From: Eukaryota sp. GEM-RC1
Lineage: Eukaryota
Reading direction: 5' to 3'
Assembly: GCA_040285855.1 (NCBI GenBank)
Contig: JAUFOQ010000016.1
Span: 2,170,001-2,234,000, forward strand
DNA length: 64,000 nt
The notes beneath the pieces were generated by a model, which was not told the origin of the DNA, did not search any database, and was given only the letters and a program-made list of their open reading frames with translations. Within the stretch, counting starts at the first letter, position 1. Each line of letters starts with the position of its first letter. The position numbers and the translations under genes are program-made. Shown piece after piece: positions 1 through 11,700 of the stretch.

Positions 1-1
1 T

Positions 2-3000
2 ACTCTTGGTTTTCTCTCCCTTGACACTACAGAGTTCCGTCTCACTCCAAATCGTTGGATCATTTCTAAATCTGTAGTCCGGCTTCTGAACACATCGGCT
101 GTGCCTTTGGGCGAAGCTCACACCTCATCACAAGTTGAACTGTCCGACAGTGTTCTGGAACTCGTCTCAGGCCGCCCCTTCCAAGTAACCGGATCTCTTT
201 CCCTCAGACATGGTAGTTTAAGAGGCCACGACGTCATCATTACTGACGATTTTTCCATGGCTTCCGCTGAACTCCAAGCTTCTAAAGTAATCACCGATGG
301 TAATTCAGGACTCTCCCACTTCTCCTTCCTCCGTCCAACCACTACTCTCATCAACAATGGAAACTTGCATATCGGCCATCTCAACACTTTCTCTCTTCCT
401 TATCTCTACTTTGAAGATCTTACCGGTTTCATCAACCAAGGCACCACTCTACTCGATGACGTCTTAGCCTTTTACCGCTACAACCATGACTGCTCCACCC
501 ACGATAACGCTCCTTTCCTTTTGAACCATGGCTCTCTCACGAAGCAATCCTCTAACTCTGATGCTGAAAAGTTTGAAACTGATATCCACTTCTCAAGTGA
601 CGGTGACTTCACACTAGCCAAAGATCATTCCTTCAGACTTTCTGGTCGTTTTGACTATGATCGTCGTCACTTCATCAGAGGTAGTGCTACCTTGGGTGAG
701 TCTTCCAGGTTCTTCTTATGGGAGGATACTCTTCATCTTACTAGTCCTTCCAGTCTTGTAGGACCCCTCTCTGTCTTTCATTTGGAAACTGATGACGCGA
801 TGTTGATTGTTGATGGTATCTTTGATCTCAATAAGCGTCTGGACCAAACCTTTGGCCGAGTTGATTTTAGCGCTAATGCCACGTATGATCTTGATCAGGT
901 TATTGCTACTAACAACGTTGTGTACAACTTCTTTGCTGATCAATCCCCGAAAACCAATCATCTTGAGATAGTTTCCCTTTCTGACGACTCTGCAGTTGCT
1001 TTCCATCAAATCTCCAAGGATTTCGTCTTTGAGACCATCTCTGTTAGGGATAATGCTGTGTTAACCCTCCATTGTGTCAATGGAACTAATACCATTAACC
1101 GATTCCATATTGAATCTGGCACTATCGCCAAACTAGGTGGAGGATGTGGATTCACTTTCACTGATGACTTCATTCTTGATGGAGATGTTGAATTTGATGA
1201 CGTTGGTGATGACGTGCGTTTTCCTAATCTGACAATTGACACTAATATCATCAAAATTCCCTCGATTAATGGCTCTTTTGTCGTAGATGGTAAATTGAAC
1301 GTGACTGATGGGGAGCTAATCATTGGAGACATTGAAGATGATTTCATTGTCAAAGGACCTATCTACTGTACTAATGGAAAAATCATTGTTAACAGCGTTG
1401 GTAGAAACTTTGGAGCAGAGGAATTATATTTGGATAATTGTGAACTCGTGATCACCAATATCGGTGAGAATGCAACTGTTGATGATGGTATTTCCGCTGT
1501 TGATTCCACATTGGTCCTTGACAAGATTGGAGATAACTTGGATGTTGGTGGCTCTGTTGGTTGCAAGAGATGTACAATTAGATCAACAACTGGAGATGCT
1601 GACTTTAAAGACAAAATTGTGATCGAAGATGACTCTACTTTTGACCTTGTAATCACTCATCCTGATAGGGAAGTTTCCTTTGAACTTGACCTTTCTGATT
1701 CCACTTTTGATCTGGTACACAATGGCACAGATGTCACCTTTGTTGATACTGATGTGGTTAATGCTGTTATTGATTTAGTAAATACTGGTAAAGATGGCAA
1801 GGATGATGTTACTTTTGAAGATGATCTCTTTTGTGAACAGGGAAAAATTACTATCGATTACATTTCCAACAATTTCAATGCCGATGAATTAATTCTCAAT
1901 CATTGCGAGTTTTTAATTGGTAAAATCGGCGAAAACGGTACCATTTCTAAAAACATTTCTGCCATTGATTCCACATTGGTCCTTGATAAAATTGACGAAA
2001 CTTTAGAAGTTGGTGGCTCTGTTGGTTGCAAGAGATGTACAATTAGATCAACAACTGGAGATGCTGACTTTAAAGACAAAATTGTGATCGAAGATGACTC
2101 TACTTTTGACCTTGTAATCACTCATCCTGATAGGGAAGTTTCCTTTGAACTTGACCTTTCTGATTCCACTTTTGATCTGGTACACAATGGCACAGATGTC
2201 ACCTTTGTTGATACTGATGTGGTTAATGCTGTTATTGATTTAGTAAATACTGGTACAGATGGTAAGGATGATGTTACTTTTGAAGATGATCTCTTCTGTG
2301 AACAGGGAAAAATTACTATCGATTACATTTCCAACAATTTCAATGCCGATGAATTAATTCTCAATCATTGCGAGTTTTTAATTGGTAAAATCGGCGAAAA
2401 CGGTACCATTTCTAAAAACATTTCTGCCATTGATTCCACATTGGTCCTTGATAAAATCGGCGAAACTTTAGAAGTTGGTGGCTCTGTTGGTTGCAAGAGA
2501 TGTACAATTAGATCAACAACTGGAGATGCTGACTTTAAAGACAAAATTGTGATAGAAGATGACTCTACTTTTGACCTTGTAATCACTCATCCTGATAGGG
2601 AAGTTTCCTTTGAACTTGACCTTTCTGATTCCACTTTTGATCTGGTACACAATGGCACAGATGTCACCTTTGTTGATACTGATGTGGTTAATGCTGTTAT
2701 TGATTTAGTAAATACTGGTAAAGATGGCAAGGATGATGTTACTTTTGAAGATGATCTCTTTTGTGAACAGGGAAAAATTACTATCGATTACATTTCCAAC
2801 AATTTCAATGCCGATGAATTAATTCTCAATCATTGCGAGTTTTTAATTGGTAAAATCGGCGAAAACGGTACCATTTCTAAAAACATTTCTGCCATTGATT
2901 CCACATTGGTCCTTGATAAAATTGACGAAACTTTAGAAGTTGGTGGCTCTGTTGGTTGCAAGAGATGTACAATTAGATCAACAACTGGAGATGCTGACTT

Positions 3001-6000
3001 TAAAGACAAAATTGTGATTGAAGATGACTCTACTTTTGATCTTGTAATCACTCATCCTGATAGGGAAGTTTCCTTTGAACTTGACCTTTCTGATTCCACT
3101 TTTGATCTGGTACACAATGGCACAGATGTCACCTTTGTTGATACTGATGTGGTTAATGCTGTTATTGATTTAGTAAATACTGGTAAAGATGGCAAGGATG
3201 ATGTTACTTTTGAAGATGATCTCTTTTGTGAACAGGGAAAAATTACTATCGATTACATTTCCAACAATTTCAATGCCGATGAATTAATTCTCAATCATTG
3301 CGAGTTTTTAATTGGTAAAATCGGCGAAAACGGTACCATTTCTAAAAACATTTCTGCCATTGATTCCACATTGGTCCTTGATAAAATTGACGAAACTTTA
3401 GAAGTTGGTGGCTCTGTTGGTTGCAAGAGATGTACAATTAGATCAACAACTGGAGATGCTGACTTTAAAGACAAAATTGTGATTGAAGATGACTCTACTT
3501 TTGATCTTGTAATCACTCATCCTGATAGGGAAGTTTCCTTTGAACTTGACCTTTCTGATTCCACTTTTGATCTGGTACACAATGGCACAGATGTCACCTT
3601 TGTTGATACTGATGTGGTTAATGCTGTTATTGACTTAGTAAATACTGGTAAAGATGGCAAGGATGATGTTACTTTTGAGAAACCATTCTTTTGTAAAAGC
3701 GGTGCTGTACTTGTCAATTTCATTTCTAACAATTTCCACACTGACGAACTTGATTTGTTCCAATGTAATTTCACTATCTCTATCATTGGCAACACTGCCA
3801 GCATTTCTTCTGATGTTAACGCCATTCAATCATATTTGACTCTTGCTGATGTCGGTCAATCAGTACTGGTTTCACAGTCTTTTGTTTTGACAGATTCTGC
3901 TTTTGAATCCAATTTAGACATGTTTGATGCTGATCACGTATCTATCTCTAATTCAACTTTCTCTTTATACACTGTTACTTCAGAAGCTCGATTCAAGGAT
4001 CTTTTGATGACTTCCGGCAATTTCACCATTACCAACGCTAAAAAGACTACCTTTTACGGAAATGTAGAAGTGACTGATGGTAACGTCAACATTAATTGCA
4101 CTATTTTGGAAGGTCTTCACGATTCATCAATCTCTTTACTAGGTGGAGACTCTGTCTGGAATATTGATGAAATCAAGTTTTCCAATAATTTGTTTAACTT
4201 TTCTACTGGTTCTATGCATCTAACTACTGATAACATTGACGGTAAGGACTCACGTATCTCTGTTGCAGATGGTGATTTCTCAATCAACTGTAAATCTCTT
4301 GATTCTACTGCTGCCGCTCTTTTCACTCTTGAGACTTCCAAAATGTCCCTTGACAGTACCTATTTCACTGGTTGTTTCACTCCAATTGTTCTTTCTGAAC
4401 AGTGTGATATGGATTTACACTGTGTTAAAGTTTACGATTGTGATGCTCACGTCATGTTTGATGGCTCAAAAACACGATATATGATTGAGGATTCGACTTT
4501 TGATGACATTAAGGGCTCTTTGTTCAACTTTGTTACAGATTCTACTGTGTCCGTTAAGAATTTGTCCGTTTCTCACACAACTTCGTCATCATTCCTGACT
4601 TCACTTGACTCATCCGTGATTGACCTTCATGATCTAACAGTTGATTCTGTGGGTTGTGAAGGAATTCTCAGTGCTTCTTCAAGAAGTTCAGTAACTGCTG
4701 ATGGTATTTCTATCTCTGACACTCGTGGTGAACCTTTCTTCAAACTGGATTCATCTTTTATGACAGTCAATCATATCACGGTTACCAATGCTCAATCAGA
4801 TCAGCTATTCCGTATACAATTAACTGATTTAAAACTGGACAATCTAATCATCAAAGATACTCATTTCACGTCATCAATTTTCCAAATGACGTCATCAGAA
4901 GTCGATTTAGACCTATCTGATTCTCTCCTACAAGACACTCATGCTCAGACTCTTGTTTCCCAAAGTCATTGTGCTACTGAAGTTCTTGGTTTAACCTTGT
5001 TGCCATCATTTAATCTCCAAGACTGTGCAATTAGATCTGCTAAATCTTCGTTAAAACTTATTGATTTGAGTTTCGAAGGGTTTAAATCACCTGTTTTAAA
5101 GAGCTCAAAGTCTGAAGTCGTGATTGATTCTGCTGACGTTTCTCAATGTGTCAGAAATAATCTTTTAAGCTATCATCAATCTCGTGGTGACGATTCTCTC
5201 TTCCAATTCTCTGGCTCTAAAGCAGAGATTTCTAACGTTGAGGCTAAACAATGTCCATGTGCTTTTGTTGCTAGTGTTAGAAGTGACGTTACTTTTAAGA
5301 ATTCAACATTTGAAAAATTTGCCGATCACGTGATTTATTCTGACAGACAATCATCTTTGACTGTTAATGACTGTACCTTTGAAAAGGGACTCAAATCTCC
5401 AATCATTTCTGATGATGCTGACTCTCTTGAACTACACAACTTTAAATGTAAGAATAACCAAGGTGAGGACGGTGCGTGTCTTTCTGCTGTAAATTGTCGA
5501 AATATTAAAATTTCTGACTCTGAATTTACTAACAATCATGCTTCCAATGATGGAGGAACCCTTCACTTGGTCTCCAATCAAGATTACCGAGTTATGATTC
5601 TTGACAACGTTTTCGAAGACAATAAGGCAACGAGAGCAGGTGGTGCCATTTTCTTTAATTATCCTACAGTGCTTAATTTTTCAGATAATTCATTTATTTT
5701 AAATAGCGCTGATGGTTGGGGTGACGTTTCTGCCACTAATCCACGATACCTTGATACTGAGTTTGTACATCCAAACTCTACAGCTTACCGACGTGATATC
5801 ATCATCAAAGTACGTGATGGATACAATCAATTTGCTTTCTTTGAGCCCTCTGACAACAGACTTATTACTATCACTCCCACTCAAGAAGAAGTTGTTCTAA
5901 TGGACAGACCTATTATCCAACCACCTCACGAGTTCATCATCACTGCCAACATTACAATGCGTGGAGTTACTGGTACCTACAATCTTTCCACTAGTCATCC

Positions 6001-7810
6001 TCATTACAAAACCGATCTTATACCCTTCACTACTGGTATTTGTCCTTCTGGTCATGGTTTCATTGGAGGATCTTGTGCTCCTTGTCCTCCTGGAACTAGA
6101 AGCTCGCCAATGGGAACTTCTATCTGTATCAACTGCGAAGCTGGAATGTGGTCTTCCTATGAATCTTATGAGTGTTCTCCGTGTTCTACTGGTACCTACA
6201 GACCCACGAGTACTTCCCCTGCGTGCCAACGGTGTGAACACGGCTTCATTGCTGATTTCCAAGGAGCCACTGAGTGTCGTCGTTGCTCTCTCAATCAAAT
6301 GTCTAATCACGGTCGTTCAGCGTGTGAATGTGTTTCAAACTCTATTCCCAATTGGTCAAGTGGAGAGTTAGTCTGTGATCCTTGTCCAACTGGAATGCTT
6401 TGCTTTGGAGCCGATGATACCTGTTTGAACGTTGGATATTGGAAAGGTATCGAAGACAAGGAAATCTACAAGTGTGCCCATCAAGGTTGCCTTGGAACCT
6501 GTGAAAATGGTCTAATGCCCTTAACTCTGACTGCTCCTCCCTCTGGTAAATGCGACGAGAATCATCAAGGATCCCTTTGCCACGAGTGTGTTGAAGGAAG
6601 TTATATGATGGCTGGTCGTTGTACTGAGTGTTGGAGTCCTCTTGTTAGCGGTGTCGTGCTGGGAACTTCTGTAGTTGTCTTGGGGACTTTGATTTATGGT
6701 ATCACATCACAGGGAGCTAAAGTTGGAATGTATCTATCTGTCATCAGATTTGTTCAAATGGCTGTTGCTATAGTTGTTATCTGCTCAGTCACCATTCATT
6801 CTTCTCTCTTACCTTTATACGGAGCTTTGAGGACAGTTTTTGTGGACGTTTGGAAGACTTTGCCGGTAATGTGCTTGGGTTGGGCTTCTCGAGATTATCC
6901 AATGGAGTTTTATTCATCCTGTGGAATCGTTGCTGCACTTTGCTTAGGCTTGATCATGTTGAGACCTAAGGAACCCCACAAGTCTCACACTTCGAAGGTC
7001 TTTGTAGCTGAAGTTGTACTCATTGTACTTCTTGTTCTCTTACCAGCACTAGCTTTCAATGGCCTTGGTATGTTCTCGTGTACTTCTGTTGATGGTGATT
7101 CAATTCTAGAAGCAGATTCTTCTCAAAACATCATGAAGTGTTATTCTAGGGAATGGTATATCATGTTGGGTGTTTTACTTGGAGTCTGTTTGGTTTTCAT
7201 TGTAGCTTTCAAGTTCATTTTCTCTCTCAAAGATACTACTTCTTCAGTTCCACGTACTGTGTTGGTACATCGTTTCTTTGGTTATACCGAAATGAAATAT
7301 GAACGAGCGTTTATTCTCTTTTCTGTAGCTCTTACTGGACTTTTGTGGGCAATTCCCCCTGGTCTTCCTCGATTGTCAATGGCTTTAATCACGATGATGT
7401 CATCAATCATTTTTGTAGCGAAAGCACGTCCTTATAACACTGGTGTAATGAATAACGCAACAATTATTTCAAATATTGTTTTGTTGCTCTTGGTTTTCCA
7501 AGCTATCGTGATTGAACTAGCAAGGTTCACTCGCCATTACGTTTGGGATTCTGATTCTACCAGTGCTTTAGTCGTCGGACTACTTCCATTAATCTGGACA
7601 GTTTGCCTCGTTTTGTTAGCACTCAGAGCCTTCTTCATGGCACCAGTTGTTGAAGAACAATCTTCTCATGATGCAAAGAATGCTTTCACTACTAATCCAA
7701 TGATGAATCCAATTACTCAGTTACCCAGAGTAGCGGAGGTTCGTAATCCTTTACAAAAAATGGGACGAACTCAACAGTTGATGGCTGGAAGATTTGGAAA
7801 TCTCTATTAG
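2..7810 (+). CDS. Giant membrane/surface protein, 5' end outside the window: beta-helix-like ectodomain with 155-aa repeats, Pmp-like GGAI motifs, Cys-rich repeats and a multi-pass TM C-terminus
   Basis: Frame is open from base 2 to TAG at 7810 (>2569 aa). Motifs NNHASNDGGTL and DNKATRAGGAIFF; CxxC repeats (CAPCPPGT, CSPCSTGTY); roughly ten hydrophobic segments in the C-terminal ~400 aa. Confidence 0.85.
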   Translation, partial: TLGFLSLDTTEFRLTPNRWIISKSVVRLLNTSAVPLGEAHTSSQVELSDSVLELVSGRPFQVTGSLSLRHGSLRGHDVIITDDFSMASAELQASKVITDGNSGLSHFSFLRPTTTLINNGNLHIGHLNTFSLPYLYFEDLTGFINQGTTLLDDVLAFYRYNHDCSTHDNAPFLLNHGSLTKQSSNSDAEKFETDIHFSSDGDFTLAKDHSFRLSGRFDYDRRHFIRGSATLGESSRFFLWEDTLHLTSPSSLVGPLSVFHLETDDAMLIVDGIFDLNKRLDQTFGRVDFSANATYDLDQVIATNNVVYNFFADQSPKTNHLEIVSLSDDSAVAFHQISKDFVFETISVRDNAVLTLHCVNGTNTINRFHIESGTIAKLGGGCGFTFTDDFILDGDVEFDDVGDDVRFPNLTIDTNIIKIPSINGSFVVDGKLNVTDGELIIGDIEDDFIVKGPIYCTNGKIIVNSVGRNFGAEELYLDNCELVITNIGENATVDDGISAVDSTLVLDKIGDNLDVGGSVGCKRCTIRSTTGDADFKDKIVIEDDSTFDLVITHPDREVSFELDLSDSTFDLVHNGTDVTFVDTDVVNAVIDLVNTGKDGKDDVTFEDDLFCEQGKITIDYISNNFNADELILNHCEFLIGKIGENGTISKNISAIDSTLVLDKIDETLEVGGSVGCKRCTIRSTTGDADFKDKIVIEDDSTFDLVITHPDREVSFELDLSDSTFDLVHNGTDVTFVDTDVVNAVIDLVNTGTDGKDDVTFEDDLFCEQGKITIDYISNNFNADELILNHCEFLIGKIGENGTISKNISAIDSTLVLDKIGETLEVGGSVGCKRCTIRSTTGDADFKDKIVIEDDSTFDLVITHPDREVSFELDLSDSTFDLVHNGTDVTFVDTDVVNAVIDLVNTGKDGKDDVTFEDDLFCEQGKITIDYISNNFNADELILNHCEFLIGKIGENGTISKNISAIDSTLVLDKIDETLEVGGSVGCKRCTIRSTTGDADFKDKIVIEDDSTFDLVITHPDREVSFELDLSDSTFDLVHNGTDVTFVDTDVVNAVIDLVNTGKDGKDDVTFEDDLFCEQGKITIDYISNNFNADELILNHCEFLIGKIGENGTISKNISAIDSTLVLDKIDETLEVGGSVGCKRCTIRSTTGDADFKDKIVIEDDSTFDLVITHPDREVSFELDLSDSTFDLVHNGTDVTFVDTDVVNAVIDLVNTGKDGKDDVTFEKPFFCKSGAVLVNFISNNFHTDELDLFQCNFTISIIGNTASISSDVNAIQSYLTLADVGQSVLVSQSFVLTDSAFESNLDMFDADHVSISNSTFSLYTVTSEARFKDLLMTSGNFTITNAKKTTFYGNVEVTDGNVNINCTILEGLHDSSISLLGGDSVWNIDEIKFSNNLFNFSTGSMHLTTDNIDGKDSRISVADGDFSINCKSLDSTAAALFTLETSKMSLDSTYFTGCFTPIVLSEQCDMDLHCVKVYDCDAHVMFDGSKTRYMIEDSTFDDIKGSLFNFVTDSTVSVKNLSVSHTTSSSFLTSLDSSVIDLHDLTVDSVGCEGILSASSRSSVTADGISISDTRGEPFFKLDSSFMTVNHITVTNAQSDQLFRIQLTDLKLDNLIIKDTHFTSSIFQMTSSEVDLDLSDSLLQDTHAQTLVSQSHCATEVLGLTLLPSFNLQDCAIRSAKSSLKLIDLSFEGFKSPVLKSSKSEVVIDSADVSQCVRNNLLSYHQSRGDDSLFQFSGSKAEISNVEAKQCPCAFVASVRSDVTFKNSTFEKFADHVIYSDRQSSLTVNDCTFEKGLKSPIISDDADSLELHNFKCKNNQGEDGACLSAVNCRNIKISDSEFTNNHASNDGGTLHLVSNQDYRVMILDNVFEDNKATRAGGAIFFNYPTVLNFSDNSFILNSADGWGDVSATNPRYLDTEFVHPNSTAYRRDIIIKVRDGYNQFAFFEPSDNRLITITPTQEEVVLMDRPIIQPPHEFIITANITMRGVTGTYNLSTSHPHYKTDLIPFTTGICPSGHGFIGGSCAPCPPGTRSSPMGTSICINCEAGMWSSYESYECSPCSTGTYRPTSTSPACQRCEHGFIADFQGATECRRCSLNQMSNHGRSACECVSNSIPNWSSGELVCDPCPTGMLCFGADDTCLNVGYWKGIEDKEIYKCAHQGCLGTCENGLMPLTLTAPPSGKCDENHQGSLCHECVEGSYMMAGRCTECWSPLVSGVVLGTSVVVLGTLIYGITSQGAKVGMYLSVIRFVQMAVAIVVICSVTIHSSLLPLYGALRTVFVDVWKTLPVMCLGWASRDYPMEFYSSCGIVAALCLGLIMLRPKEPHKSHTSKVFVAEVVLIVLLVLLPALAFNGLGMFSCTSVDGDSILEADSSQNIMKCYSREWYIMLGVLLGVCLVFIVAFKFIFSLKDTTSSVPRTVLVHRFFGYTEMKYERAFILFSVALTGLLWAIPPGLPRLSMALITMMSSIIFVAKARPYNTGVMNNATIISNIVLLLLVFQAIVIELARFTRHYVWDSDSTSALVVGLLPLIWTVCLVLLALRAFFMAPVVEEQSSHDAKNAFTTNPMMNPITQLPRVAEVRNPLQKMGRTQQLMAGRFGNLY
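1502..3678 (+). repeat. Intragenic tandem repeat, 465-bp unit, about 4.7 near-identical copies
   Basis: GATTCCACATTGGTCCTTGA recurs at 1502, 1967, 2432, 2897 and 3362. Confidence 0.97.
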
Positions 7811-8064
7811 CTTTAGTCTTAGTTCACTTGTATTATCTGTATAAAAAAATTGTTTTCATGTTTTTTATGTCTATATGAATCGTTAAATGTCAAAGTACCG
7901 TCCAGCCTTCTTCATGTATCATCCCTGTCCCGCATAGAAAGAAAACCATGTTATCAACAGAAGCTATTCGAATTGTGGTGTAATCATATGAACTGTGAAT
8001 TGCTATGAACTTAAGAAGTGGATTAAACAACTGAAAAGTAACTCACAAAAAAATGTATAAATAA

Positions 8065-8697
8065 CTATGTACAACAACCGTTGGAACTATCACTAGATTC
8101 CAGTACCATTGACGGTCGATATTTGGAAGAATCTGTCATGTTTGAATCTATAATCTTGCGCACCAACTCATGAAAAGCAAATTCGACATGGTCTCCTTGT
8201 CTAGCTGAAGCTTCTACAAACAAAGCACCTTGCTCCCTGGCGAAGTTCATACCCATCTCTCTGTCTACTTCCCGTGAGCTATCACGGTCGATTTTGTTTC
8301 CAACAATCATTATGTGTGGGCAGGAATCGCCTAGATATCGTTCCACTTCTTCCAACCATCCTTTTAGTGAAGAAAAGCTGGTGCGTTTTGTTACATCGTA
8401 TACGAGAAGAATACCGTCAGATTGACGATAAAAGGATGCACAGAGAGTTCGAAACCTGCATTAAGTAAGATATGAAGGAGTGAGAAACTTACATTGGCCA
8501 GCGGTATCATATATGGTGAGTTTGCAGTCCCGCGAATCAACTTTAGTGGTTTTTGCTCGAAAGTCTATTCCAATTGTAACCGATTCTCGGTCATCAAATT
8601 CTGAGTCGCAAAACCGCCGAAGAAGAGAAGATTTTCCTACCTCACTGTCACCTATTATAACAATTTTGTAGGCCCTGTCTTGAACTACTGGTTGCAT
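8065..8697 (-). CDS. RAB18: Rab GTPase, Rab18-like; two exons (8697-8489, 8455-8065), 199 aa
   Basis: Motifs GDSEVGKS, TIGIDF, DTAGQ, GNKID, EASA and C-terminal CC. REVDR..G..FAR..LF.EASA resembles Rab18. Removing the 33-nt intron removes an in-frame TAA and gives DTAGQCKFRTLCASFYR. Confidence 0.85.
8456..8488 (-). other. 33-nt spliceosomal intron in the Rab gene
   Basis: GTTTCTCACTCCTTCATATCTTACTTAATGCAG: GT-AG ends, contains an in-frame stop, and removal restores switch-II spacing. Confidence 0.8.
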
Positions 8698-8763
8698 AGA
8701 AGAAGAATGGAAGTTGAAGGAAAGTGTTGACAAAAATTGTTACTCGAAAAAACCACAGCATTG

Positions 8764-11700
8764 TTTGCCATACACGTATGGGCTCCCATACGTCCATACG
8801 TCCATACGCGTATGGCATTTTTTGTTTTTGCCATACACATTTTGACTACATGTATCTGTATTTGAACTTCTTCGACCCAGAGACTCTATGACTTCTTTAT
8901 AATTATGTAGATAAATGTATTTTATGGAAATTAAACCTCCACATCATCCATCTCATTGGAAAAATTATCACCGCAGGACACCATCTATGCTTCCATTGCT
9001 GGATGTCTTTGATCTGAGTTCCATTGATGTGTATAGAAACTAGTTTTTGTACGTTCCATTATATGTCTGTTTTTTTTATCTCAGTATTTCTGTTCTATAA
9101 AGTTGATTTTTTTTCGTTTCATGGTTCTTTATGGCTTCTTCTTCCCTTTCATCTAAGCTTTTCTAGAGGTCGCCCTAAAGGCTCTACATCTACTTGTTCA
9201 TTTTGTAAAATCGCAGGGCATACTAAGACCACTTGTCGTAAGCGTAAAGCCACTCTCATTGATCCAACAAGCAGAAGTTTTTCTTTGACAAACAAGTACA
9301 GAAGAATCCACCAAAGGTCCCTGAAGTTTTCCACCCTTCTAAAATAGCCGTTGATAAGCATATTCGTCAGCAATTACTTCGTGGTCGTAATGGTTCTACT
9401 AAAAATTCTCTTTTTCGTCGAAACTGGCTCCTTTTAATGATGACACTGTTTTTCAATTACAATCGTTGCATCCTAAGGAAAATTTTCATACGGAAGTTCC
9501 ACTTTCTCCAAAATATTGGAGAAAAAATCCCATTTTGTCTGATGAGTTATTAAATTTGATCTTAAAGTTGCCATCTGGAAAAGCTCCTGGACCTTCTGGT
9601 ATTACTTTTGATATTTTAAAAGCAGTCTGTAGACACAATTCTTTAATTGTTGACGCCCTTTGTGATTTTTTCAATGACGTTCTATTGTTAAAAGTTGTTG
9701 CCCCAAAAGAACTCAGTGCTTCGCGTTTGGTTGCTTTAGTGAAACCAAATAAGAAAATTCGTCCAATTGCTGTCGGGGAATCGTTATATATACTTTTCTC
9801 ATCTCTAGTGTTCTCTAGAATTTTGAACAAAGCTCAGAAATATTTTTCCCCTTTTCAGTATGGAATTAAAACAATTGATGGTGCTTCAGTTGCAGCTTTG
9901 ACATCTGGTCCGTTTTTTAAACACGAAAATTGACAATTTTGTTTTTAATCTTGACTTCAAAAATGCATTCAACTCTGTTAAACGTGCTGCTGTTTTGCCA
10001 CAAATAGAAGAACATTTTCCAGAATTGGAATCTTTTTTCATACTTTTTATGGTAATTCGTCTGATTTAGTCTACAACTCGGCTAATCTTTCTTCACTAAC
10101 CGGTGTTAAACAAGGCGATCCTCTTGGTTCTTTCTTCTTCTGCCTTGCTATTCACCCCATCCTTAACTACCTTAAATCCAAGTATAAGGATTTGCAAATT
10201 GTGGCTTATATGGATGACATTTCTTTTATTGCACCTTTTGAGACTATACAAGCTATTGCTGCAGAAGCTGCCACTTTGTTTGAAGAGATTGGTCTAAATT
10301 TAGATATTCAAACATGTTTCGTTACAGGAAAAGAACCAAAGTTATTAACAATTCGTTCAATTGAAGTCTATTTCATTAGTTATTCTGCTTCAAGTTTCAG
10401 ATTTTTTGGTTGTTTTTTTTTGGTAAAAAAGAAGATATTGTTAAAAACCTTGATGATTACTTGATTTCGATTCAACAAGAGTTGGATAAGATTAAAGTTC
10501 TTGAAATTGAAAAACACTTAAAATTCTTCGTGCTCAAAATTTGTTATTCTGGTAAAATTACTCATCTTTTAAGGTCTCTTGCTCCTGAGTTATCGTATGA
10601 TTTCTGTAGAGCTTTTAACAAAATTCGCACAGACTTTCTTTCATTCCTTCTTCAAGTCAACCCCAACATTTTAATAACCACACATTTTCCTGTCCATACC
10701 TCGGAGGTTTGGGATTTACATCTTCTAAATGGTGGACTAAAGCAGCTTTCATTGGTGGTGGAAAGAATTTTGTATTCGAGTTTTGGAATCGATATCCATC
10801 AAGAACTTCTCTTCTTGAAAGTACTTGCAGCTTTTAACTTAATCATCTCCGTGGTGAAATAGGAAATCTTTCTCCTGAGTTATGGTCATCTTGCTTTCCT
10901 GTTGATATCAAAGAAATTCCATGACGAGACATTTTGTCTTTAAAGTTTGCTTTAAAAAAGCTACAAAATCATTTATTGAAATATTTTGGAAGTTTAGATT
11001 TTACAGTCCGTCTTAGCTCGGTTAAGGAAAAAAATCCGGCTTTCGCTAATTTTTTAATTGATTTAAAGGAGAGTTCTGCTGTTGCATTAATTAATCAAAT
11101 TCCACAAGTATATGGTTTATTATTAAATGATCACCAATGGACAACTTCAATGAGACTTCGTTGTTATTTATGGCCATATAATTTGCCAAATGATTTCAAT
11201 GTAGCTGTGGAAAACAATTATCGTTTTCTCATCTGTTAAGTTGTAATCGCTACATAACTTATCGAACGTGTATGCATGATGCTGTAAGAGATCAAATACA
11301 TACTATGTGTAAATCTTACAAAATTGAGTCATTCGTTGAACCACTTCTAAGATCTTTAGAACCAAGTTATAATTGTAATGTCGAAAAACAGAACCAATTT
11401 TTTGGTAAACGGAGAGTAGATGTTGTTGTCCCTTCTTCTGCAGACAAATTGTTTGTTGTTGATGTAGTGTCAGTGGATGTTTGTAAAAGGACATCTTTAA
11501 AGAATGCTTACTCTGAAACTTCCCCTTTAGACATTTCTAAACAAGCCAAGCAGAATAAGTACAAGAAACGATTGATGGCTTTAAAACATGTAAAACATGT
11601 TGAATACGAATTATGCCCTTTGCTGTTTCAATTTATGGACGTTTAGGAAAAGTGCATTGAACTTTTTAAACGATTTCGGAAAAATCGTTAAAAATAGGAT

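Noticed and set aside
118..6371. Short antisense and alternate-frame ORFs inside the giant gene
   Set aside because: Shadow ORFs arising from codon bias and the tandem repeat.
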